Origin: a virus
Taxonomy: Duplodnaviria; Caudoviricetes
DNA: 55,507 nt
Virus record (IMG/VR): IMGVR_UViG_3300046004_001044
Location: 1 to 55,507 of that record
Direction: 5' to 3' (one strand)
Below the pieces are notes generated by a model, which made no database searches, was not told where the DNA came from, and saw nothing but the letters and a program-made list of their open reading frames with translations. A program made the position numbers and the translations under genes. How positions within the stretch are numbered: the first letter of the stretch is position 1; every line of letters starts with the position of its first letter. Below, piece by piece: positions 19,018 through 28,847 of the stretch.

Positions 19018-19752
19018 ATGAAAACAGAAAACATTTACCTATTGGTATCTGGAAAGACTCCAGCATCCACGATTATTCAATCGAAAGACGTTCCATCACG
19101 AAGATTACTCTGGTATGATGAGAAAAAACAAAAAAACCGAAGCTTAAGATATTCATCAAATCAATCATCTATTTTTGTAGATGCTCAGGATGACAATGTA
19201 GTATTGGAACCAATCATCATGGAAGATGGTGAATTACGCGTTCCATCAACTAATCACGCACTTATTGAGTTTTTGGAAAAACACCCAGACAATAAAGTGT
19301 TGTTTTACAAATGGGACCCAGAAGCTGACGCTGAAGAGAAGATGAACCTTGAGAATTTGATTCTTGATGCTCAATTAGCAGCACGAGAATTATCTATTGA
19401 TCGCAAGGCAGCAATGCTTCGAATCTTTACAGATCACAACCCAGATAAGATGGATCCAAAAACTATCAACTGGCATGTAAACAACTTAGCCAAAGACATT
19501 CCTCGGGAATTCTTGGATGCATTAGATGATCCAGACTTGAATGTGGAAGATTTAGCAGTCCGAGCAATCAAAGATGGTTTTGTTGGTATCAGAAACAATA
19601 ACAGAGATATCTTCTACAACTTGAAAGATAAGAAGAGTAAGCTCATGACTATCCCATTAAACGAAACAGCTGAAGGAGCGCTATCACTCTGGTTTAAAAC
19701 AGATGATGGACTCGAATTATATCAATACTTAACTAAGCACTACGAAGAGTAA
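19018..19752 (+). CDS. Hypothetical protein downstream of MCP
   Basis: 244-aa ORF; RSLRYSSNQSSIFVDAQ, FLEKHPDN. Confidence 0.75.
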   Translation: MKTENIYLLVSGKTPASTIIQSKDVPSRRLLWYDEKKQKNRSLRYSSNQSSIFVDAQDDNVVLEPIIMEDGELRVPSTNHALIEFLEKHPDNKVLFYKWDPEADAEEKMNLENLILDAQLAARELSIDRKAAMLRIFTDHNPDKMDPKTINWHVNNLAKDIPREFLDALDDPDLNVEDLAVRAIKDGFVGIRNNNRDIFYNLKDKKSKLMTIPLNETAEGALSLWFKTDDGLELYQYLTKHYEE

Positions 19753-19761
19753 ACAACAGAA

Positions 19762-19792
19762 GCCCATGCAATTATAAAGCATGGGTTTTTTT
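19762..19792 (+). terminator. Intrinsic terminator
   Basis: GCCCATGC-9 nt-GCATGGGT plus T-run. Confidence 0.8.
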
Positions 19793-19794
19793 AT

Positions 19795-19802
19795 TACCTT
19801 TG
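19795..19802 (+). promoter_or_regulatory. -7 promoter element (TACCTTTG)
   Basis: Consensus match right after terminator. Confidence 0.6.
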
Positions 19803-19829
19803 TATTTCAAAAACATAAAAGGTTTAACT

Positions 19830-20360
19830 ATGGCAAAATTTCTTAAATTCGCTATCGCGCCAAGCGTAGATAGTGGCACAACAGACGGCTCTCCGTCAGG
19901 AGCAAATGACTTGATTGATTCTGGTCAGAACTTCTTAACTACAGTAAAGGCAGGCGACTTGGTTCACAATACAACTGACGATGCATGGGACGTAGTTGCA
20001 GCGGTTGTTGATAACGACAACTTAACGTTAGTAACTGGAACAGTAGCTACTGCTAAAGCTTACGTTATCTATTCTGGAAACACAGCATTATATGAAGATC
20101 AATTGGTATCAGCTGAAAATGTTGTTATCGTAGAGCAAGCAACTCAGTCAACAGCTACAATTGCATACACCGCAGGAGGAACTGGAACTGACATCATTAC
20201 TGTAACTCACGGTAAATTGTCATCTGCTACTAGCAATGATATGCGTGCAGCAATCCAAAATGCAATCCTTGATTTACACTCTGGAAAAACTAAGCCAGAA
20301 GCATTCAAGGTTGTTTCTATCCCAACTGGAGTTGTTGTAACTGGAATCGCAGTAGCATAA
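19830..20360 (+). CDS. Putative abundant structural (decoration) protein
   Basis: Own promoter and terminator; Thr/Ala/Val-rich; start moved to ATG 19830. Confidence 0.6.
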   Translation: MAKFLKFAIAPSVDSGTTDGSPSGANDLIDSGQNFLTTVKAGDLVHNTTDDAWDVVAAVVDNDNLTLVTGTVATAKAYVIYSGNTALYEDQLVSAENVVIVEQATQSTATIAYTAGGTGTDIITVTHGKLSSATSNDMRAAIQNAILDLHSGKTKPEAFKVVSIPTGVVVTGIAVA

Positions 20361-20383
20361 TCTAGTTTCACAGTCATTTAATC

Positions 20384-20410
20384 GGGGGTACACATTGTAC
20401 CCCCTTTTTT
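20384..20410 (+). terminator. Intrinsic terminator
   Basis: GGGGGTACA-cat-TGTACCCCC plus T6. Confidence 0.85.
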
Positions 20411-20412
20411 AT

Positions 20413-20420
20413 TATCTTTG
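20413..20420 (+). promoter_or_regulatory. -7 promoter element (TATCTTTG)
   Basis: Consensus match 4 nt before ATG 20425. Confidence 0.6.
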
Positions 20421-20424
20421 CATT

Positions 20425-21174
20425 ATGATTAATATTATAAGAAATACAGTCCTATCTATAATCAGTAAAGACAACAACGGATACTTAACTCCAGAAGAGT
20501 TCAATCTGTTGTCGCGTCAAGCTCAACTGGAGATATTCACTCAGTACATGTACGATCTGAATAATGCAATTATAAAGCAAAACGCAAGATTAAATGGTGG
20601 AAGCGGGTACTCAAATGTCCCAGCACAACTAACTGAAGTTTTAGATAAATTTTTAGTTGAAGATGTTTTAGAATATGATGCTACAACATTGAAGTTCTAC
20701 ATGCCATCAGATAATCCTGCTCAACCAGATGAGCCAGCAGCATATAAGCTTGAAAGGTTGACGTACAATGGATCAAGAGAGATTGAAAAAGTTTCTCATA
20801 CAAAGGCATTGAATCTAGTTTCTTCCAATCTTACAGCTCCAACATTGCTATTTCCAGTATATACACTAAACGAAAATGGTATATCAGGACAAGCAAGTAT
20901 TCAAATATACCCCACATCAATTGTAGCTGGAGATGTAACTATTTCATACTTAAGATACCCAAGAGATCCAAAATGGACATACACATCACTGACTGGAGGG
21001 GAGGCATTATTTAATCAATCCGCATCTGACTTTCAAGATTTTGAAATTCCAATATCTGACTCTGTAAGACTTATAATACTCATATGTAAATATGCTGGAG
21101 TATCAATAAGAGAAGGGGATGTAGTTACTGCAATGGCAAATGATGACGCAATGATTAAACAACAAAAAGCTTAA
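20425..21174 (+). CDS. Head-tail adaptor / tail ring protein
   Basis: GYLTPEEFNL...AQ, IYP, YLRYPRDPKW pattern of podoviral/crAss-like ring proteins; start moved to ATG 20425. Confidence 0.6.
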   Translation: MINIIRNTVLSIISKDNNGYLTPEEFNLLSRQAQLEIFTQYMYDLNNAIIKQNARLNGGSGYSNVPAQLTEVLDKFLVEDVLEYDATTLKFYMPSDNPAQPDEPAAYKLERLTYNGSREIEKVSHTKALNLVSSNLTAPTLLFPVYTLNENGISGQASIQIYPTSIVAGDVTISYLRYPRDPKWTYTSLTGGEALFNQSASDFQDFEIPISDSVRLIILICKYAGVSIREGDVVTAMANDDAMIKQQKA

Positions 21175-21177
21175 TAG

Positions 21178-22086
21178 ATGGCATTCATATCAGATTACGC
21201 GTATTACGACAACTCAGGAGCCTCGCCAGCTAGTGCTAATTGGGGATCATATCAGTATGTATCACTAGATGATATTGTAAATAATTTCATGCTCGTAAAC
21301 GTAGGCGAAGACAAGCTTATTCATAACGTAAAACGATATGAAGTTGTATTTCATGCAAAACACGCGATACAGGACTTAAATTACAACGCACTAAAGGAAG
21401 TTAAGGCGATAGAGTTTATCGTCGGTAGTGACCTTAAAATGATACTTCCTCACGATTATGTGAACTACGTAAGACTTTCATTAGAAACTAATGGAGTGCT
21501 TTATGTGATGTCAGAAAACCAGCAAGCTATTTCCGCTACCGCATATACTCAGGATAACAATTTAGATCTTACATTCGATATTAACGGAAACGTAGTTACT
21601 GGTCAATCGAAACTTGATATACACAGATTAGCTCAAGAAGTGTATACTGGAGCAGGAATTTATAGCGGGAGTCTTGGATGGAATTGCGATGGAAACTGGT
21701 ATTTCCCCCACACATTTGGAGGTAGATATGGACTTGATACATCGAAGGCCAATTCAAATCCAACATTCAGAATAAACAGAGCGTCTGGAGTAATTGATTT
21801 CGCATCTAATATTTCCGATCAAGTAGTCGTTCTTGAATACATTTCTGATGGAATGAAAAACGGAATTGAGTCAGAGATAAATGTGAATAAGCTTTTTGAA
21901 GAATATATGTATGCTTACTTGAAATGGGCACTACTTAGCAATAAACACGGTATTCAAGAGTATGTTGTTAAAAGATGTTCTGATGAAAAAGCGAGGTTAA
22001 AAAGAAATGCTAAACTAGCACTCAGCAATATGCATCCATCAAGACTTCTTATGGCTATGAGAGGTAAGGACCAACAATTGAAGTAA
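21178..22086 (+). CDS. Second tail ring / tubular protein
   Basis: LPHDYVNYVR, VVLEYISDG motifs; position before muzzle. Confidence 0.6.
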   Translation: MAFISDYAYYDNSGASPASANWGSYQYVSLDDIVNNFMLVNVGEDKLIHNVKRYEVVFHAKHAIQDLNYNALKEVKAIEFIVGSDLKMILPHDYVNYVRLSLETNGVLYVMSENQQAISATAYTQDNNLDLTFDINGNVVTGQSKLDIHRLAQEVYTGAGIYSGSLGWNCDGNWYFPHTFGGRYGLDTSKANSNPTFRINRASGVIDFASNISDQVVVLEYISDGMKNGIESEINVNKLFEEYMYAYLKWALLSNKHGIQEYVVKRCSDEKARLKRNAKLALSNMHPSRLLMAMRGKDQQLK

Positions 22087-22089
22087 TAT

Positions 22090-25000
22090 ATGTCAGAAGT
22101 TAAAAATACATTCGTAGCTGGAGCAATGAATAAAGATCTTGATGACCGATTGGTCCCTCAGGGTTATTATCGCGATGCTCAAAATATAAACGTTGATACT
22201 TCGGAAGGAGGTAGTATTGGTGCTGCTCAAAATTCTTTAGGAAATACTATCACTACAGACATAGCTACAATATCAGGAAGATCAGCGACTGGAGCCAGAA
22301 CAATTGGATCGGTTACTTATGAAGCTGGAGGGCTTATTTATTGGTGCGTAGCTGGAGACTTTTTTGACGGAATATATGAATACAATGAAGAAACTCAAAC
22401 ATCAGTCAGAGTTCTTCAGTCAAACAAAGCTAATGCAAATACTCCAAGCAAACTAAACTTCAACAAAAACTACCCAATAACGGGTATAAATTTCGTGCTA
22501 GGGCCAGACAATAATTCATTCCTTTACATAACGGATGACTATAATCCTCCTAGAAGAATAAATATCAAGCGTGCAAAGAGCTATAATATAGATGACGACA
22601 TGATCGACATCGATATTGACGTGGCATTAAACCCGCCTTTATATGCACCTTACATAAAGTTAGTATCAGACCCAACCACTGAGTCTGATTCAATGGAGAG
22701 AAAGTTTTTATACTTCTCATACAGATGGAAGTATGAAGATAATCAGTATAGTTCAATAGCGCCATTTTCTGCAGTAGCATTTGATCCAAGCAATTATTTT
22801 TTCGACTATGGAGTTGGAAATAACAAGTCGATGCTTAATAAATACAATTCAGTTGAGATCGAATTCGAAACTGGGAATCAACTTGTAAAGGAAATTCAGC
22901 TAATAGTTAGAGACTCGTCTGGTATCAATGTAGGTATAATTGAAACATACTCCAAAGATTCTATCGGCATTTCTGACAATACATCATACAAGGTTGTTTT
23001 TAATAACAACAAAATCTACGCATCACTTCCTACAGATCAAGTAACTAGATTGTTTGACAATGTACCATTGCTAGCAAAAGCTCAGGACATAGTAGGGAAT
23101 AGACTTACTTATGGAAACTATACGCAGTTCAGAAACATAACAAACTCCAACGGAGATGAAATAAAGATTGACTTTACTTTAAACCTAGTAAGTGAATCAG
23201 TAACTGTAAGTGAACCGAAACAAACTTGGAAATCTGGTAGAGACTATGAGGCTGGATTGGTGTATCTTGATGAGAAAGGCAGAATGACAACCGTTCTTAC
23301 ATCGATAAATAATACACTATCAATTCCACTTTCAAATACGAATTCTGCCAACACTATAAAATTAAAAATAAATAGTGCACCTCCAAGCTGGGCAACACAC
23401 TACAGAATATTCATAAAGCAGTCAAAAAGAGGATATTATAACGTATTTCCAGTTCTGTACTACGCATACGGAACATATAGATATTTCTTGATAAATCAAT
23501 CAGATGTAGATAAATTCAAAACAGGAGACTATATCACATTTAAGAATGATGGATCAGGCCCAGCAACTACATTTAAGAAGTACAAGATATTAGCAGCTGA
23601 AAATAGAGTATCTGATTTTATCGGAGGTAATGGCATTACAGAGATTTCAGGATTTTACATTAAGATAAAAGTAAATAGTCAGACTGAATTTCCAGCTGGA
23701 GCGCAAGCTGTATACCAGCATAACGAAGCCAATATGGATCCATCTGTAGGAATTCAATTGATAACTGATGGAACAAAATTAGCCGAGCAACCCATACACT
23801 ACGGCACTGGAGATCCTAATGCCATGACATTATTCAGTAATATATACTACGGAAACAATGATTATAGAGTTTATATAGAAATACAATCACAATCTACATT
23901 CAGATATACACTTGACAGAACTTTATCTGGATCATGGGTAGAGGGTAATGCTATAGTAGCTGGGCCTATAACTATTCAATTTTTGGATGCGATATTCTTT
24001 ATTCAATTTGACATATCATCTACATTAACCATAGGTGACAGATGGGTAGTTAACTTAAGAACAAATCCATCGCTTACTCAATACACAAATTATTATGGAG
24101 GATTAGGAACTACAGGACTCATAAATCAAGGTATAGCTAGGGCTGGATCAATAGTAACTTCAGAATGGGTAGATTCATCCACTGGAGATAAGCCTATACA
24201 AACAGGAGCAACAATTAGAATTACTTGTATAGATGATGCTGGAGGTCAACCATATACAAATACGCAATCCTTTTCTTCTGATGCTACTTATGTAAATATC
24301 GAAGAATGGTTTAACGAGTCTGGAGCTTGGCAAGAATTTGTTTCATATAATGCACAGGGAACAGCTGTGTACTCTCAACCAGTAAACTTTAGAAGAGGCA
24401 TATACTTTAATGATGATTCTGGAGGGTTTTTAAGAAGAACAGTAAAGCAAAATAGCGGATTCAATAATGACCTAACAACTACATTATCATCTCCAGTCCA
24501 TATGATTATAATGGGATACGGAGCCGTGTCTAATAATGGTGGATATGTACATAGAGTAGAGTACAAGCTGGAGATTTATCAAACAGACGAGCAAATTGCT
24601 TTCGAAACCATACCATCTGAGTCTAGTGATGAAATATTTCACGAGCTTCACGAGACGTATCCAATCAAAAATGGCAATCACTTAGTAATGTGGGATTATG
24701 ACGACTATCAATTTGCCGCTGGAAACAAGACAAGGCTAACTCAGCTTGACAAGAGAAGACCCCATTATTACAATGTTGGTGATGAAATATCTGTGGTTTC
24801 GGATAATACTTTATTAATGCCATCAGGTAATTATACAATCTTAGCTATTGAAGATAGATATTCAGTTATACTAGATTTTACATTCCCAACTTCTGGACCA
24901 GTTACTGGAGGAAAAATAAAGTATCAGATATCAGACGAGCAAGATCAAACATCATCCTTCACTCCAGCTATTATTGAAATAAATAAGCCATATTCTGATA

Positions 25001-25980
25001 ATTCAGATTTCAATGCTTGGACATTTGGAAATGGACTTGAATCTGACAGAATATATGATGACTTTAATCAATCAACACTTGATTTTAGCGTTAGAGCATC
25101 ATCAACTATCGATAACTACAAACAAGTAAGAAGCGATGCAAGCCTTTGTCATAGTGAGATATACAATGAAAATTCTCAATACAACAGACTTAATGAGTTC
25201 AATTTAAGTAATGCTAATTTCAAATACTTGGATAGAGAGTTTGGGTCTATACAAAAACTTTTCGCTAGAGATACCGATCTAATTGTTTTACAAGAAAACA
25301 AGATCAGTAAGGTTCTTTATGGTAAGAATATACTATCAGATTCGATTGGAGGCGGACAAGTATCTTCAGTAAAAGAAGTATTTGGAACTCAGATAGCATT
25401 TAGCGGGGAATGGGGTATATCAAGGAATCCAGAATCTTTCTCTACATGGGGAACTGATTCATTCTTTACAGATGCAAGAAGAGGAGTCGTACTGCAATTA
25501 TCTGGTGATAGTGTATCTGAAATATCTTCTTTTGGAATGAGCGACTATTTTAGAGACATAATGAAGGACAATCCTTTAACTCAAAAGATAGGAGCTTATG
25601 ATCCGCATAATCATAAATACATACTAGGATTCAACGATCAAAGAGGTATTCCTTGTAACTTATCAATAAGCAGAAATTTACTGAAGGTGCCTAGTAATTC
25701 ATTGGGGTATAATTTATTCTCAATAAATTCTGATTCGCCTTGGACAATTACATTGCAAGATGAAGGATTTGGTACTAACTGGGTTGATGATTTTCCATCT
25801 TCTGGATTTGGAAGTCAGGTGATTAATGGGTCCGTATCCACAAATACTACATTCTCAAATAGAAGAGTTACTTTTGTAATTGCTTATTGTGATGGAATGA
25901 CGGAAACATTCATTCTTGAGCAATCAAAGGGTAGAAAAGGTAAGATAATTTTAGCTGTATTTAACAAACAAGATAGATAA
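22090..25980 (+). CDS. Tail muzzle / stabilization protein (P22 gp10-like), N-terminal part, with C-terminal BACON-like domain
   Basis: MNKDLDDRLVP.G.YRDAQNI, TDDYNPPRRIN, FSYRWKY.D, GNRLTYGNY, GSIQKL, GISRNPES, GAYDP; then W...NWV...SGFG...NTTFSNR...EQ (BACON-like). Confidence 0.75.
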   Translation: MSEVKNTFVAGAMNKDLDDRLVPQGYYRDAQNINVDTSEGGSIGAAQNSLGNTITTDIATISGRSATGARTIGSVTYEAGGLIYWCVAGDFFDGIYEYNEETQTSVRVLQSNKANANTPSKLNFNKNYPITGINFVLGPDNNSFLYITDDYNPPRRINIKRAKSYNIDDDMIDIDIDVALNPPLYAPYIKLVSDPTTESDSMERKFLYFSYRWKYEDNQYSSIAPFSAVAFDPSNYFFDYGVGNNKSMLNKYNSVEIEFETGNQLVKEIQLIVRDSSGINVGIIETYSKDSIGISDNTSYKVVFNNNKIYASLPTDQVTRLFDNVPLLAKAQDIVGNRLTYGNYTQFRNITNSNGDEIKIDFTLNLVSESVTVSEPKQTWKSGRDYEAGLVYLDEKGRMTTVLTSINNTLSIPLSNTNSANTIKLKINSAPPSWATHYRIFIKQSKRGYYNVFPVLYYAYGTYRYFLINQSDVDKFKTGDYITFKNDGSGPATTFKKYKILAAENRVSDFIGGNGITEISGFYIKIKVNSQTEFPAGAQAVYQHNEANMDPSVGIQLITDGTKLAEQPIHYGTGDPNAMTLFSNIYYGNNDYRVYIEIQSQSTFRYTLDRTLSGSWVEGNAIVAGPITIQFLDAIFFIQFDISSTLTIGDRWVVNLRTNPSLTQYTNYYGGLGTTGLINQGIARAGSIVTSEWVDSSTGDKPIQTGATIRITCIDDAGGQPYTNTQSFSSDATYVNIEEWFNESGAWQEFVSYNAQGTAVYSQPVNFRRGIYFNDDSGGFLRRTVKQNSGFNNDLTTTLSSPVHMIIMGYGAVSNNGGYVHRVEYKLEIYQTDEQIAFETIPSESSDEIFHELHETYPIKNGNHLVMWDYDDYQFAAGNKTRLTQLDKRRPHYYNVGDEISVVSDNTLLMPSGNYTILAIEDRYSVILDFTFPTSGPVTGGKIKYQISDEQDQTSSFTPAIIEINKPYSDNSDFNAWTFGNGLESDRIYDDFNQSTLDFSVRASSTIDNYKQVRSDASLCHSEIYNENSQYNRLNEFNLSNANFKYLDREFGSIQKLFARDTDLIVLQENKISKVLYGKNILSDSIGGGQVSSVKEVFGTQIAFSGEWGISRNPESFSTWGTDSFFTDARRGVVLQLSGDSVSEISSFGMSDYFRDIMKDNPLTQKIGAYDPHNHKYILGFNDQRGIPCNLSISRNLLKVPSNSLGYNLFSINSDSPWTITLQDEGFGTNWVDDFPSSGFGSQVINGSVSTNTTFSNRRVTFVIAYCDGMTETFILEQSKGRKGKIILAVFNKQDR

Positions 25981-28847
25981 TGAAATTAAATCAATCATTC
26001 ACAGTTGACGGAGGAACACAATATTCTATAGATGATATAGATACAAGTGATTTCGGTGTAGCTTTATTCGATATGAAATCAGGCATAGGCGGTGTGGATT
26101 ACATGCCAGCTGATGGAGACGAAGTGCTTATGATAACAGGATATGCTGGACTATCTCCAAAAGGTAATTTATCTTTTGAGCCATCAATGAATGACAAGGC
26201 GTATTATCTAGTCTCTAACATTGAATACACATCTGCAGACAAGGATACAATAATATCACTAGCTACAGAGGTGCCATTATCATATGCAGTGGTAGATTTT
26301 GTTGGCAGATACCAAGGATCGTTCATCTTTAATAATCCATATAATCATGAATATTTATATTTGATATGGGATTACAACGATAATTTAGATGAAGGATCAA
26401 TATCATACGCTGGAAACGCTACAAACAGAGTTGTATCAGCTGATTTAACTACAGATATCGGAAGTGCAGGTATTGACTATGTAATTCCAAATGTTCCAGT
26501 AAGGATTCAGATAAAATGGAACGGAAACATCGTAACAGATACTAAATACGTTGGTTTAAACAGCAATGCTAATTACACAAATCTAATAGCAGCTGGAATT
26601 GATCCAGATGATATAGGACTGGTATATCCATATGACGGATTAGTTAATAATGGAACTGGCTCATCTATATTTAGAAAACACATATCGCTTCAAGATGCTG
26701 ATGTAATTATATCTGCACCATTAAGCAGCTCTGTTTTCTTTATAGAACAGAGAGATACCAATATGAGAAGAGTCTATACCGACAATACTTCTGGCACAAG
26801 ATCAAATGTATGCTCTCAAATACCAAATGACATGGTGTTTCATGACGGGTCAACTACTCTTCCTATAAACGGGGACAGAATTTACACAGACGGAACAGGA
26901 TCTGCTGTTTTTAATGGCGATAATGCTTACCACTTAATAAGCGAAACATCTTTAGGCGCAGCTCCCGTGAGTGGAGGCACTTGGTATCTAATATCAAAGG
27001 ATGGATATGTATTACAACATGGCAGTTGCGATTGCGATCAGTATGCATCACCTCTTATTTTTCAAGAAGATTTATTTTTAACAAAAAACACTGCGGTTGA
27101 TATTGAAATCCAATCGACAGGCACTCCAACTGAATTCACAGTCATAACTGATTGCGATGAATACAACCTAACTGGAGGTACAAGCGGATCAATATTCACA
27201 ATTACCACGTGCGATGGAGTTGCAAAGAATGTGACTATAAATAGAAACTTGAATGCCAATTACCAGTCAACATCTACTCCAGTATTAATTGGAGGAAATG
27301 GCACTTTTTCATTAACTGGCCCATCTACATATAGATCACTTCCATTAGGACTTGCTATTTCCAATGGTAGAATACAAGGTACCCCTCAAGATACATGTAG
27401 TTATTCATTAACACTTACGGCTACGAATTGTTTTGGAACTGGAGATCCTAAAACAATTGCAATATCAGTTGAGACAGGAATTCAACTAACTCCATTTTTA
27501 ATTGATACAGAGAACTTTGGAGATACAGGAGATGACGCATGCGCGTTAAGCCCTATTTACACTGTTCTGTATCATAACGGTATTGGTAGAGTTCCAGATA
27601 CTGGCGATCATGTATTCAAGGATGATAAAGGAGCTGAACCATTAATGGGAGGTGATAGATGGTATAATATCGATCCATCTTCATATAGCATAAAAGTAAA
27701 TCATGTAGGAAAAGTCTGCTCTAAGAATGAATGTCCTTCTAGCACAACCACTACGACTACTACAACATCAACAACCACTACAACTACATTACCAACAGGA
27801 GACTGGTTTAATGCTGAGATGTGTACGAATACAGACATAACTGCTGTTTTGTTCGATGTAACTGCTGGAACAATAACAGTTGGTGATATTGTAAAAACAA
27901 CAGATGGTAACTGCTGGGAGATATTAAGTACAACTACTGGATCATATCCTTACAAGTCTATAGAAAATCCAGTGGGGACATATACCGATTGTGCTGATTG
28001 CGTCGGAGCAACTACTACCACAACTACCACAACTACCACAACAGCAGCTCCAATTACATCGTTTACGATACTTAACACTCCATATCCTTCATCATATGAA
28101 GCATGTGCAGGAGGAACGCCAGCAACAACTGTTTATCATAATGGGGCAGGTGCAGAGCCAGCAATTGGAGATTTTGTATTTACTGACGCTGGAGGAACAA
28201 TTACTTTTGACGGAGGAGCATCTTGGTATAAAACATCTGGAGGGTTATCAATTCAAATATCAAGACTTACTGGTCAGGTATTGAATTCGATTGGTTGCTC
28301 AACAACGACAACGACAACGACAACGACAATACCAACGTTCTACTATTCAGCACTTGAATGTGGGTCAGCTGGTCCTGCAGTTAAGTTGAGTCAACTATCA
28401 TTTGATGAATTAGCAGCTGGAGTAGTTGTGAAAGCTGCAAATGGAACTTGCTATACAATTCAATCCACAACAACTGGGCCAGCTATAAGCAATATTCTAT
28501 TTACCTATGAGAACTGTGTTGATTGTCAAGGAGTAACTACTACCACAACTACGACTACGACTACGACCAGCACGACAACAACAAGCACGACAACAACAAC
28601 TACTACCACGGCAGTTCCGTTGATCAAAGTATTAGTTAGATTTGGAACAGATACCACAGTATGTTCTGGAACAATATTGGAACAGTGGATTGACGGAGCA
28701 TTAGGAGTAAGTGGTAATAATATCTATAAAAATGCTGACGGATCAATTACTTCTGATGCTGGGTATTATAAGTTGCTTAATTCATCTATTGCGTATGAAT
28801 GGAATGGAACCGATTGGACCGAAGTAGACAATGTAACATGCAGTTAA
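25980..28847 (+). CDS. Modular Cys-rich virion appendage protein with putative Ig-like domain and poly-Thr linkers
   Basis: LPLGLAISNGRIQGTP...LTATN (He_PIG-like), repeated Cys-bounded modules, four Thr tracts. Confidence 0.7.
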   Translation: MKLNQSFTVDGGTQYSIDDIDTSDFGVALFDMKSGIGGVDYMPADGDEVLMITGYAGLSPKGNLSFEPSMNDKAYYLVSNIEYTSADKDTIISLATEVPLSYAVVDFVGRYQGSFIFNNPYNHEYLYLIWDYNDNLDEGSISYAGNATNRVVSADLTTDIGSAGIDYVIPNVPVRIQIKWNGNIVTDTKYVGLNSNANYTNLIAAGIDPDDIGLVYPYDGLVNNGTGSSIFRKHISLQDADVIISAPLSSSVFFIEQRDTNMRRVYTDNTSGTRSNVCSQIPNDMVFHDGSTTLPINGDRIYTDGTGSAVFNGDNAYHLISETSLGAAPVSGGTWYLISKDGYVLQHGSCDCDQYASPLIFQEDLFLTKNTAVDIEIQSTGTPTEFTVITDCDEYNLTGGTSGSIFTITTCDGVAKNVTINRNLNANYQSTSTPVLIGGNGTFSLTGPSTYRSLPLGLAISNGRIQGTPQDTCSYSLTLTATNCFGTGDPKTIAISVETGIQLTPFLIDTENFGDTGDDACALSPIYTVLYHNGIGRVPDTGDHVFKDDKGAEPLMGGDRWYNIDPSSYSIKVNHVGKVCSKNECPSSTTTTTTTTSTTTTTTLPTGDWFNAEMCTNTDITAVLFDVTAGTITVGDIVKTTDGNCWEILSTTTGSYPYKSIENPVGTYTDCADCVGATTTTTTTTTTTAAPITSFTILNTPYPSSYEACAGGTPATTVYHNGAGAEPAIGDFVFTDAGGTITFDGGASWYKTSGGLSIQISRLTGQVLNSIGCSTTTTTTTTTIPTFYYSALECGSAGPAVKLSQLSFDELAAGVVVKAANGTCYTIQSTTTGPAISNILFTYENCVDCQGVTTTTTTTTTTTSTTTTSTTTTTTTTAVPLIKVLVRFGTDTTVCSGTILEQWIDGALGVSGNNIYKNADGSITSDAGYYKLLNSSIAYEWNGTDWTEVDNVTCS
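27738..28610 (+). repeat. Four poly-Thr/Ser coding tracts (about 27738-27788, 28011-28043, 28299-28328, 28536-28610)
   Basis: ACN codon runs, mostly with mixed ACA/ACT/ACC/ACG. Confidence 0.95.
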
